From a virus (Duplodnaviria; Caudoviricetes), in the IMG/VR virus record IMGVR_UViG_3300017741_000006, positions 1 to 53,476 of that record: DNA of 53,476 nucleotides. The stretch is one strand, 5' to 3'. The translations under genes were made by a program, and so were the position numbers. Below the pieces are notes generated by a model, which searched no databases, was not told the DNA's origin, and saw only the letters and a program-made list of their open reading frames with translations. Position 1 is the stretch's first letter. Every line of letters starts with the position of its first letter. Below are positions 25,591 through 34,077 of the stretch, one piece after another.

Positions 25591-27400
25591 AATGAGCGAG
25601 TGACCCGACTACCATATCATTAAAGTCGATGGCTCCGCCTGGACTTACAACAAGAGGCTGAGATTGGCTTACATTAGTATTATTTGAATTATTATCGCCT
25701 ACTTGACCTATATTTGTAGATCCGGCAGATCTAAATGCCATTGCAGTTTGTTGAGCAGTCATAGTTTGTACTCCTCCGGCGACACCGCTATCAGCTCGAG
25801 GAGTATTTACAGTAGCAGACGGTTGACCATTTCTTCTTCGATCACCTCTTTTTCCAGGCCCAGAAGAATTTTCTACGTCGGCATTTATACTTTTCATAAT
25901 GTCGGATTCACTAGTTTTACCTAAAAGATATTCAGCTAATTTAGTACCAACATATCCACCTCCAAAGTATCCACCTAGTGCACCAAGAGTCGCACCGAAT
26001 GGTCCTCCTACAGCAAGTCCTAATGCTCCAAATCCAAGGGTTCCTACTGAACCTCCAATAAGTGGTCCTAATTCACTAATTTTTTGTTCTCTAGATTTTG
26101 TTTCATCTAGCATAATTGATGCTGCCATAGCGCTATCAATCGCTGCAAATAATAGACTAGTTCCAGGAATTCCTTTTAATGCAGTTAATCTAGGAAATTT
26201 ACTCCACCATTTACTCTTATTTAATTTTTTAATTTCGGCTTCACTTAGTACGTTTGTTGTAGCTTTTCCATCTACGCCTTGAAAGGCTAATTTACCACTA
26301 TTAGATCTAACAACATTTTTACCGTCTACTTTGCCAATTACATTTGATGGAGGTGGTGCAGCTGTCGTTGTGGCACCAGTTCGAGCGCCACTGTTTCTAC
26401 CTCTTCGTACTGCCTGTACGGCTTTTGTTGCGCCTATAGCTAAAGCTGTTGTTACTCCGGCAGCTGCACCTATGTCTTCAGTAGTTAAATCTCCATCAGT
26501 GAAATCGCCATTCAGTGCTTTGTATGCAGCAACAAGAGCAATACCGGCTGCCATAGTTCTAAATTTTGCTAGTCTTTTAATAACTCTAAATATAGGACCT
26601 CTAAAGAAAAATGCAAAAGCGCCTAAAACACCGGCCGCTTCTCCCATATTTTCTTGAAATTTTTCACTATCAGTACCTTCTTCAATTAGTCCTGTTAATC
26701 CTTCTAATCCATCACCAACTCCAGTTTGCACACGAGATAAAACCTCGGAAGCAGCTGGCAAGTTAGTAGCAAAATCTCTTAATTTTTCGCCTATTGAACC
26801 AAACCTTTCCGCAAACGCTGCTCCTTGTTCACTTTCAGCCCAATTCTTAATGCCTTGCCTAGCTTCCTCAACTTTTGTTAAAATTGCATTACCTAGATTT
26901 TCAGCCTGTTTTATATTTTCTTCTGTTGCTAATCCACCTACAGCTGCGCCTATTAAGCCAAACTTTTTACCTAAAAGCAAGCCAAATGTACCACCTAGTG
27001 TAGCTCTTTCAGCAGCAGCACCTAATTCAGCTGATCCGGTTTTGCTGTTAACCCATTTACCGATATCGTCAGCAAAGGCCGTAGCCAATGCAGCGGGTAA
27101 ACCTCTTTTAAGTAATCCTTTTGCTAATCCTAAACTTAAATCTTTTAATGCAGCACCAGTTAAAAGCGCAGTAGGTAATGAAAATCCACTTCCACTTTTG
27201 CCGGCGTCTGATGAGCTACTACTATTATTATTACTAGTCTTAGCAGATACTATTTGTGCTTTTCTTTCTCTTTCAGCTTCGAGGTCATCTCCCCTTTTCT
27301 GTTCCATAGAACGAATAAAGCGATCTAGGCTATTACTAGAACGATTAGTATTATCTACTACTGCAGCAAGCGTTTGATTAATATCAGCTAAAGTTGTCAT
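25589..27400 (-). CDS. gp29: Tail tape measure / baseplate hub protein (gp29-like)
   Basis: 603 aa, Ala/Gly-rich helical with glycine-zipper hydrophobic segments; downstream of gp26/gp51. Confidence 0.65.
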   Translation of the reverse strand: MTTLADINQTLAAVVDNTNRSSNSLDRFIRSMEQKRGDDLEAERERKAQIVSAKTSNNNSSSSSDAGKSGSGFSLPTALLTGAALKDLSLGLAKGLLKRGLPAALATAFADDIGKWVNSKTGSAELGAAAERATLGGTFGLLLGKKFGLIGAAVGGLATEENIKQAENLGNAILTKVEEARQGIKNWAESEQGAAFAERFGSIGEKLRDFATNLPAASEVLSRVQTGVGDGLEGLTGLIEEGTDSEKFQENMGEAAGVLGAFAFFFRGPIFRVIKRLAKFRTMAAGIALVAAYKALNGDFTDGDLTTEDIGAAAGVTTALAIGATKAVQAVRRGRNSGARTGATTTAAPPPSNVIGKVDGKNVVRSNSGKLAFQGVDGKATTNVLSEAEIKKLNKSKWWSKFPRLTALKGIPGTSLLFAAIDSAMAASIMLDETKSREQKISELGPLIGGSVGTLGFGALGLAVGGPFGATLGALGGYFGGGYVGTKLAEYLLGKTSESDIMKSINADVENSSGPGKRGDRRRNGQPSATVNTPRADSGVAGGVQTMTAQQTAMAFRSAGSTNIGQVGDNNSNNTNVSQSQPLVVSPGGAIDFNDMVVGSLAH

Positions 27401-27573
27401 TGTTGTGCAAGTCTTTCGTTTTGCTCTTTAATGTGATCGTTAAGTAGTATAATATAAATGTCCCTCTCCCAGGGTATCATAGTTTCTAAATCGTTCAATG
27501 AATAATTAAAATGTTGCATCATTGTAAAATTAGTGCGATAATAGTTTTCTAGTGATTCATGTGAGAGGGCCAC
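27397..27573 (-). CDS. gp51: Baseplate hub assembly chaperone gp51-like C-terminal ORF (58 aa, not in ORF track)
   Basis: Hand translation VALSHESLENYYRTNFTMMQHFNYSLNDLETMIPWERDIYIILLNDHIKEQNERLAQQ*; NF.MMQH..YSL..LE.M.PWER.IY signature. Confidence 0.8.
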   Translation of the reverse strand: MALSHESLENYYRTNFTMMQHFNYSLNDLETMIPWERDIYIILLNDHIKEQNERLAQQ

Positions 27574-28286
27574 TAAAAAAAATCTTGTATTCCCTTAAGA
27601 GTTAATGAGTTATTATGTGCACAAGACTGACAGGTATAATCTATAGTATGTTCTAAACTTGGCATAGAGTCTACAAAAATAGAAAGCTTTTCTAATTGTT
27701 CATTTGTTAACGAATTAATAAAAGTTTCAACTTCAGCCTTTGGCTCATCTTTTAATGAAATGTTATTGTCTTGTGTTTGTACGCTTTCAATGCATGAAGT
27801 AATAGTTTCAAATAATAATTCAACCGAAGTTTTATCCTCATTAAATACCGAATCATTTTTCATTAGATCATCATATGTAGGATATTTCATTACAATATTA
27901 ATATCTTTGGTAATAGGAATAATATTATCTACATGTTTATGGTCAATTTTAATATCATCTAAATTTAGATTTATAGTATGCTCATGCCCACATTCTGTAC
28001 ATTCAGATAAAATTTTGGTTGTTTCACCCACAGATTTACCACGAATTTGTGTAAAGATATAATCTACATCAAAGGTAGATAGCTTTGATGCATTAATATT
28101 TGGAGAACAAGATTCGATACACGTTAGTACAGCATTTAAAACCATTTTGGGATCTTTAGATTCAAGTGCAATCAAAAGGTTACGCTGCTCTTTTACTAAA
28201 AACGGACGATAGTTAATTGTCTTTTTAGTAGAAGGTACAGTTAAACTGTATGATGGTGCATCATTGTTTAGTTTAGGTAATGCCAT
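27573..28286 (-). CDS. gp26: Baseplate hub assembly chaperone gp26
   Basis: MALPKL, RPFLVKE, D..YIF..IR.KSVGE, CxxC twice, MKYP; ends G..DFF. Confidence 0.88.
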   Translation of the reverse strand: MALPKLNNDAPSYSLTVPSTKKTINYRPFLVKEQRNLLIALESKDPKMVLNAVLTCIESCSPNINASKLSTFDVDYIFTQIRGKSVGETTKILSECTECGHEHTINLNLDDIKIDHKHVDNIIPITKDINIVMKYPTYDDLMKNDSVFNEDKTSVELLFETITSCIESVQTQDNNISLKDEPKAEVETFINSLTNEQLEKLSIFVDSMPSLEHTIDYTCQSCAHNNSLTLKGIQDFF

Positions 28287-28525
28287 TATGCATTTCTCCA
28301 CACTTCTTTTGCATTCACTCGAATAAATTTCTTATTCGTTTCATTTTTATTAGGATTAGGAACAGTCAACATTACATTTTTACCAGCCATAAACGCTTGC
28401 AACTTTGCATAATGCTGTGCATCTGACCCATTCCATTCTCTACGCCTTGCTTTAGCAAGTGGGCATCTATTTTGATGTGTAACACCTTTAGATACTTGCT
28501 TAGCTCTCGATCTCTTTTTTCCCAT
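28286..28525 (-). CDS. Conserved basic hypothetical protein
   Basis: GKNVMLTVPNPN..ETNK.FIRV.A..VW. Confidence 0.6.
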   Translation of the reverse strand: MGKKRSRAKQVSKGVTHQNRCPLAKARRREWNGSDAQHYAKLQAFMAGKNVMLTVPNPNKNETNKKFIRVNAKEVWRNA

Positions 28526-28543
28526 TTCATTTTCCTTATAAAG

Positions 28544-29167
28544 TTATAATAAATCAACACTACCAAGAGGTGTTGAAAGACTAGCATTTAAGAAGTTTTG
28601 TGAAGCTTCTGCGTTATACCAGTTTGTATAAGATAATTGAACAGATAATTCAACTAATCCATCTAATTCGTTATTTAATTCAATTGCTGTCATTGTTGTA
28701 GGAAATGCTTCTCGTAACTCTACACTGTAAACACTTCCTCCACCTATGCCTATATTTGCTCTAAGCGGACCAATAGCTTTTGATAAACCTACAAGAGGTT
28801 TTCTGAGCTGATGTATAGTAACACTTTTAGCATAATCATTTTTATACTTTAATTCACCCAGTTCTTCACCAACTGTTATAGATCTCCATGCATCAAAATA
28901 TTTTTTAACACCATAATCATTCATACAATAAAATGTCATACTGACATCATCGACGGCGTATCCATATGCAACCTTTTGAAATTCCATTCCAATACGGCGA
29001 TCTGATGTCAAAACTTGTTTACCAGGTAATGTCGTGGACTTGCATAACACATTTAGCTCTCTACCTGATACACCACCAAGATCAGGCAATGTAACAAGAA
29101 AGTTATTAGGTCGTGCAAAACCAAGTTTTACAGATGCAATAGCTTTTAACTCATCTACGCTTGACAT
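28544..29167 (-). CDS. gp54: Baseplate tail-tube initiator gp54 (gp19-like fold)
   Basis: GFARPN.F.V, C....LPG, YF..W, AFP, V.LSY..W; synteny with gp2/gp26. Confidence 0.65.
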   Translation of the reverse strand: MSSVDELKAIASVKLGFARPNNFLVTLPDLGGVSGRELNVLCKSTTLPGKQVLTSDRRIGMEFQKVAYGYAVDDVSMTFYCMNDYGVKKYFDAWRSITVGEELGELKYKNDYAKSVTIHQLRKPLVGLSKAIGPLRANIGIGGGSVYSVELREAFPTTMTAIELNNELDGLVELSVQLSYTNWYNAEASQNFLNASLSTPLGSVDLL

Positions 29168-29700
29168 TACATCTTGCTCCTAGAATCTTTATATACTGTA
29201 GTCTTTGTTGCGCCTCTAAAGTCTGCCGTTGGTAAGAATGTAGCAATCTCCCATTCAGGCTTATCGACTAATGCAAACCTACTACGAACTTGCTTAAACA
29301 AATATCTATGTATCATTGGTGCAACATACTTTGATGGTAAGCTACCTTCACCAAGTAATGCATCAAGTGCCTTTGCTCTAAGAGGTAAAGGTAAATAATG
29401 TAAGTTAAGACCATAGAAACCGCCTGCAGCAGGACCGACTGGAATAACTAAAGGAAATGCATCATAGTACGGTAGTGTGTCTTTATGCTTAGCATCATAG
29501 AAATACATGTACATATTACCATACGGCTTAGTGATAGGTCTATTACGTAACTCAATAGAATCATCTTGCATTACACCTGTACGACTAACCTTACCCATTT
29601 GAGATGCTTTCTTCTGAAACCATCGAATAGATTCTTTAGTCCGCGGCGTAATACCTTTACGGAATGCTTCGATTTCTAACTGCTGAAATAAACTTGCCAT
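29167..29700 (-). CDS. gp2: DNA end protector protein gp2
   Basis: YDAKHKDTLPYYD.FPL, GLNLHYLP, W..A.FLPT..F. Confidence 0.9.
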   Translation of the reverse strand: MASLFQQLEIEAFRKGITPRTKESIRWFQKKASQMGKVSRTGVMQDDSIELRNRPITKPYGNMYMYFYDAKHKDTLPYYDAFPLVIPVGPAAGGFYGLNLHYLPLPLRAKALDALLGEGSLPSKYVAPMIHRYLFKQVRSRFALVDKPEWEIATFLPTADFRGATKTTVYKDSRSKM

Positions 29701-29705
29701 ACGAG

Positions 29706-29713
29706 TATTTATA
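29706..29713 (-). promoter_or_regulatory. T4 late promoter directly upstream of gene 2
   Basis: TATAAATA on the minus strand, 5 nt before the ATG. Confidence 0.55.
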
Positions 29714-30212
29714 TCTTTTTCTTAGACTTTTTACGATACGGCTTCATAGGTTTTAGAGGTTTTAGTTTACCTGGTACAGGTTTAGTTAATAGTTTCATTT
29801 CCTGTAGAGTATGCTCTGTCCATATTTGAAACTCCCACCCTCTATCTCTTGCATATTCATTTGCTGCTTCCCACTTATTCATATTCTTTACATAAGTCAA
29901 ACCTTCATTAATATATTTTTTAGTTCTTCTCTGACCAGTAGGAGGTTTAGTTTCTTTGTCTGGTTTAATTTCTACTAATATAGTTTTTTCTTTCATTACA
30001 ATTTTAAGATCTACAAAGTAACGATGGTATTTTTTATCAACATCATAGTAATATGGTATTACAACTTCTTCTGAGGACCATCCTTTTACAGCAGGATTTG
30101 CATCACACCACTGAAATGCAGCACGTTCCCATAAAGAACGATAAACTACTGCACTTGGATCTCCTAAATACTTCTTAGGATTCTTAACTTGATATCTGCC
30201 TGAATATGCCAT
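29709..30212 (-). CDS. gp4: Head completion nuclease gp4
   Basis: NPKKY.GD, YRSLWE, WSSEE..IPY, HRYFVD, EIKP, N..KWEAA. Confidence 0.92.
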   Translation of the reverse strand: MAYSGRYQVKNPKKYLGDPSAVVYRSLWERAAFQWCDANPAVKGWSSEEVVIPYYYDVDKKYHRYFVDLKIVMKEKTILVEIKPDKETKPPTGQRRTKKYINEGLTYVKNMNKWEAANEYARDRGWEFQIWTEHTLQEMKLLTKPVPGKLKPLKPMKPYRKKSKKKI

Positions 30213-30219
30213 ATTTTGA

Positions 30220-30253
30220 TATAAATAGAAAGAGTTAACTAGTTATATCTATA
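30220..30253. promoter_or_regulatory. Divergent late promoters for gp48 (+) and gp4 (-)
   Basis: TATAAATA at 30220-30227 (+); variant TATAGATA at 30246-30253 (-). Confidence 0.65.
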
Positions 30254-30262
30254 GGACATAAA

Positions 30263-31204
30263 ATGGAACCTGGATTTCACTCATCAAAAGAAACAATATC
30301 GTATCCGATATCTAATAGAGAAGCATATCAATCAAGAATTCGATTTGTTGTTAAAGAAGCCAGTAGTCTCAGAGAAGAATTTAATAGCATTATGAATGCG
30401 CCTCAGGCTGTTGCCGATGTCGACGCTCCAGGATTGCAAGCAGAGATCGAGGCTCAGGCCGCCTTAGATAAAGAAAGACAAGCAACAAAATTAGCTCAAG
30501 CTGGGCCAACTTATACACAAAGTGAAACCGCACCAGTAATTGCTTTATTTGCTCCAATTTCTATGCAGTTTAATGACGCTGTCGACTATGGTAATACTAT
30601 TAACTTAGGCGTGCTTGGAGCAGATACCTCTGCGGCTGTAGCTGGTGGAAAAACTCTTGGAGCGGCCGCTCTAGGAGCTGTCGGAAAAACTGGAACGTCA
30701 ATTGTTGATCTCTTTAAAACAGGTATCGATATTGGAAGCGAAACTGCAGCGGTTGCAGCAACTCGTTTTACTCCTACAGACTTTGGTAAAAATATAGTTA
30801 GAGCTATAACACAAGTTACGGCAAATCCTAATACTCGTGTACTTTTTAATAATGTAAATATTAGACAGTTTAATTTCACATTTAAAATGATTCCTACATC
30901 ACGTAATGAATCAATTGTAATTGAAAATATAGTAAAGCATTTTAGAAAAGAGATGTATCCGGAACTGATTGCCGCTAACGTTGGATTTAAATTCCCTAAC
31001 GCTTTTGGTATTGAAGTAAAACACAAAAATAACGAAGTTAAGTTTCAAAAATTTCCGGACTGTTTTTTAATGGCTGTCGACACGGTATACAATTCCACTA
31101 GCGGAGTGTTTCATGCTGAAGGATATCCCTCAGAGGTTGATATGACTCTTCGATTTATTGAAATGAGACAGCTGAATAAAAAGGATATTGAGGAAGGACT
31201 GTAG
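30263..31204 (+). CDS. gp48: Baseplate tail-tube cap gp48
   Basis: NPN...LF....RQFNFTFKMIP.S..E...I..I...F...MYP, L.F.E. Confidence 0.8.
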   Translation: MEPGFHSSKETISYPISNREAYQSRIRFVVKEASSLREEFNSIMNAPQAVADVDAPGLQAEIEAQAALDKERQATKLAQAGPTYTQSETAPVIALFAPISMQFNDAVDYGNTINLGVLGADTSAAVAGGKTLGAAALGAVGKTGTSIVDLFKTGIDIGSETAAVAATRFTPTDFGKNIVRAITQVTANPNTRVLFNNVNIRQFNFTFKMIPTSRNESIVIENIVKHFRKEMYPELIAANVGFKFPNAFGIEVKHKNNEVKFQKFPDCFLMAVDTVYNSTSGVFHAEGYPSEVDMTLRFIEMRQLNKKDIEEGL

Positions 31205-31205
31205 A

Positions 31206-31940
31206 ATGCAATATTTTAATTCATTCAACGACGTTTTATATAAATTTGGTGACGAGGCCTCAACTGTATTAACACAAGATTTATCGGCATACGTAAGTCT
31301 TATCGATGATATTAAAGATGATGCATCAACATATGAAAAAGGATATATTCCTGAAGGTATGAGGCCTGATCAGCTATCGTTTCAATTATATGGAACTACA
31401 ATATATCATTGGACGTTTTATTTACTTAATGATGAACTAAGGCTACAAGGTTGGCCTTTGACTACAACAGAATTAGATGAAACAATTAAACATGAATTTA
31501 GTCATACTACTCTTACTACACGCGCAGATATAACTTCTAAATTTAAGGAAGGCCAAACAGTTAGTGGATCTGCTTCAGGCGCTACCGGTACCATAGTACA
31601 TAGAGTTTTAGATTTTGGCCAAATACTTTTAAAGGATACTGTTGGAACATTTAGAGCTGGTGAGGCAGTAACGTCTGTTAACTCTAGTGCGGTAACAGAA
31701 TCTATAGTGATTGTAAGTGGTGAAAAAGAATACAATGCTGCACATCATTATATCTCAAATAGTTTATCTGATACAATTGTAGATATTGATCCAGCAATTG
31801 GACCAGGTCAGTTAGTTACAGAAGTAACTAATTATGAATGGTACACAGAAGAAAATAATAAATTAAGAAACATCAAAGTTATTCGTCCTAATATTATTAA
31901 TACTTTAGTTTCATCATACAAGCAGGCGCTTAAAAAATGA
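31206..31940 (+). CDS. gp53: Baseplate wedge subunit gp53
   Basis: MQYF..F, RPDQLS..LYG....HW...L.N, WP, N...R.IK. Confidence 0.85.
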   Translation: MQYFNSFNDVLYKFGDEASTVLTQDLSAYVSLIDDIKDDASTYEKGYIPEGMRPDQLSFQLYGTTIYHWTFYLLNDELRLQGWPLTTTELDETIKHEFSHTTLTTRADITSKFKEGQTVSGSASGATGTIVHRVLDFGQILLKDTVGTFRAGEAVTSVNSSAVTESIVIVSGEKEYNAAHHYISNSLSDTIVDIDPAIGPGQLVTEVTNYEWYTEENNKLRNIKVIRPNIINTLVSSYKQALKK

Positions 31941-33268
31941 GCACTATTGATAGCCAACGTGGGTTTACGATACTTTCTGCTATACTAAGTACAGATCGTA
32001 ATGATGCATCAATTGATCTTGCGGCTGCTATAACTGACATTGATATATACGAACATTTAGATAAACCGTATCTAACCGGTAATTTTGTATTTGTTGATAC
32101 TCATGCAATTGTACAACAAATTAATATGATGGGAATAGAAAAATTAGAACTAAAATTAGAAACTGTTACTAAAAATGTTATTGAAAAAACGTTTCGTATC
32201 GTAAAAATAAATAAGGCTATAAAGACTAATGACCGTAGTGAATTAATTGTCCTTGATGTAGTTGAAGAGCATGCATTTATTTCAAATGCTATTAATGTAA
32301 ATAAGGCTTATACAGGAACTCCTGCAACGATTATAAGTAACATCGCTAGTAGCTTTTTAGAAAAAGATGTGCAAGGTACCTTTGATACATTTCAAGGTAA
32401 TATGAAAGTTATTGTGCCGAATATGACTCCTATTGCAGCCATAAAGTGGATGCAACAAAGAGCCACAAATAAAGATGGTATGCCATATTATGTGTATTCT
32501 CTTTTAACAAGCAATTTTTTGCAGCTTAATCATTTAGGAACTTTATTACAAAGAGAACCAAATAATAAAGACAGACCCTTTGTTTATTCACAAGCAGGCA
32601 TACATAATCCAGTAGATGTTACAAAATACCATGTAATTGAATCTTATAAACAAGAAAATACGGAAAACTTATTTCAATTAATATCAGACGGATATGTGGG
32701 TGCAAGATATAATTTTCTAAATGTATCTGATGGCTATCCAGAGCCCGTAGATTTTGATGTTAAAAAAGATGTATTTGACATGATGAAGAATAAAAATTAT
32801 TTAGGAAAAAATCAAGACAATTATAATTTTCCTACTAATACAAAAATCAAATCTAATACTTTAAACGAGCAGAGATCAAAGGTTATTTCTCGTATTACGT
32901 CAAGTAATTTATATGAAGGATTTGGTGATTTTAAATCATATGGCGAAGAAATAAAAAAATCTGATTATAATAAGCAAATATGTGGAGAGGCAATTAAAAA
33001 GCATTTGGCTAAATCTCCATTATCTATTAGTGTTAATGGTGCACCATTTTTAATAACTGGTAGTAACTTAACTACAGGAACTGTATTAAGATTAAAATTC
33101 TTTGATTCGAATACATTTGATGATGCTGAAAATAAAGAGTTAGGCATAGATAAAAAGAAGTCTGGCGATTATATAGTATACGCAACGAGACATTCGTTTA
33201 AGATTGAAAAATATGATTTAAATTTATTATGTACTAAAATTGCAGACTACACTGGAGAAAACTTGTGA
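31937..33268 (+). CDS. Baseplate hub protein (gp27-like position)
   Basis: IYE....PYLTG, .IVPN..P, SGDYIV...RH motifs; lies between gp53 and gp5. Confidence 0.55.
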   Translation: MSTIDSQRGFTILSAILSTDRNDASIDLAAAITDIDIYEHLDKPYLTGNFVFVDTHAIVQQINMMGIEKLELKLETVTKNVIEKTFRIVKINKAIKTNDRSELIVLDVVEEHAFISNAINVNKAYTGTPATIISNIASSFLEKDVQGTFDTFQGNMKVIVPNMTPIAAIKWMQQRATNKDGMPYYVYSLLTSNFLQLNHLGTLLQREPNNKDRPFVYSQAGIHNPVDVTKYHVIESYKQENTENLFQLISDGYVGARYNFLNVSDGYPEPVDFDVKKDVFDMMKNKNYLGKNQDNYNFPTNTKIKSNTLNEQRSKVISRITSSNLYEGFGDFKSYGEEIKKSDYNKQICGEAIKKHLAKSPLSISVNGAPFLITGSNLTTGTVLRLKFFDSNTFDDAENKELGIDKKKSGDYIVYATRHSFKIEKYDLNLLCTKIADYTGENL

Positions 33269-34077
33269 TTGATTATTACGGTGACAATAATCGCTGGTTC
33301 ATTGGTAAGGTCATGTCTATTGATGATCCTCAACAATTGGGCAGAGTGCAAATTCGTATCTTCGGTATACATGGTGACGAAAAAACTGATATTGCACAAT
33401 CTGATTTACCATGGGCTCAAGTAGTAGTACCAGTAACAGAAGGTCAATCTTCAGGTATTGGTGCAACAACTGGTATTAAAAATCAAACTCAAGTTTATGG
33501 AATCTTTTTAGACGGAAAAGATTCACAGCTTCCTCTTGTACTTGGAGGTATACCAAAAATTGAGTCTATAAAAGAGAGAAGAGATAAACCTTTAACACTA
33601 ATTGGCGGAAGTAACACAGAGCGCGCATTTAATTTCTTTATATCAGCTGAAGGTGGGGAATTTACTCCTCAACAGGCCTGTGGAATTATAGGTAATTTAC
33701 TTGCAGAATCTGGATCAGGCGTTGAGACTGATATTAATCCTCTTGCACAGAATGCTGAAGAAGGATCTTTTGGTATAGCACAATGGAATCCTGCAGAAGC
33801 CGCAGGTTATAGATTAAACGTATTAAAATTATTTTGTGATGAAAGAGGATATAATTACCAAGAACTGTATCCTCAACTAGAATATATTAAATATGAATTA
33901 CATCGCTATAGCTATCTTGGTTTAGCAGAGCTACGCGAAGCAAATACGCCACGTGAAGCATCAATTGTATTTGAGAAGAAGTATGAGCGACCTGCAGAAG
34001 GAAGCACACAAAGACGTATTAACTATGCTGAAGAAATATTCGAAAAAATGACCAGTGAGCCGGTTGGACCAAGATGA
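33265..34077 (+). CDS. gp5: gp5 N-terminal OB-fold fused to a phage tail lysozyme (Phage_lysozyme2-like)
   Basis: WF.G.V...DP..LGRV..R..G.H, LPWA, V.G.FLDG...Q.P; C-half GI.GN...ES, GIAQW, QL, F...YERP. Confidence 0.8.
   Translation: MIDYYGDNNRWFIGKVMSIDDPQQLGRVQIRIFGIHGDEKTDIAQSDLPWAQVVVPVTEGQSSGIGATTGIKNQTQVYGIFLDGKDSQLPLVLGGIPKIESIKERRDKPLTLIGGSNTERAFNFFISAEGGEFTPQQACGIIGNLLAESGSGVETDINPLAQNAEEGSFGIAQWNPAEAAGYRLNVLKLFCDERGYNYQELYPQLEYIKYELHRYSYLGLAELREANTPREASIVFEKKYERPAEGSTQRRINYAEEIFEKMTSEPVGPR

Noticed and set aside
25703-27377. Long plus-strand ORFs antisense to the tape measure gene
   Set aside because: Shadow ORFs produced by Ala/Gly codon bias; no SD or recognisable motifs
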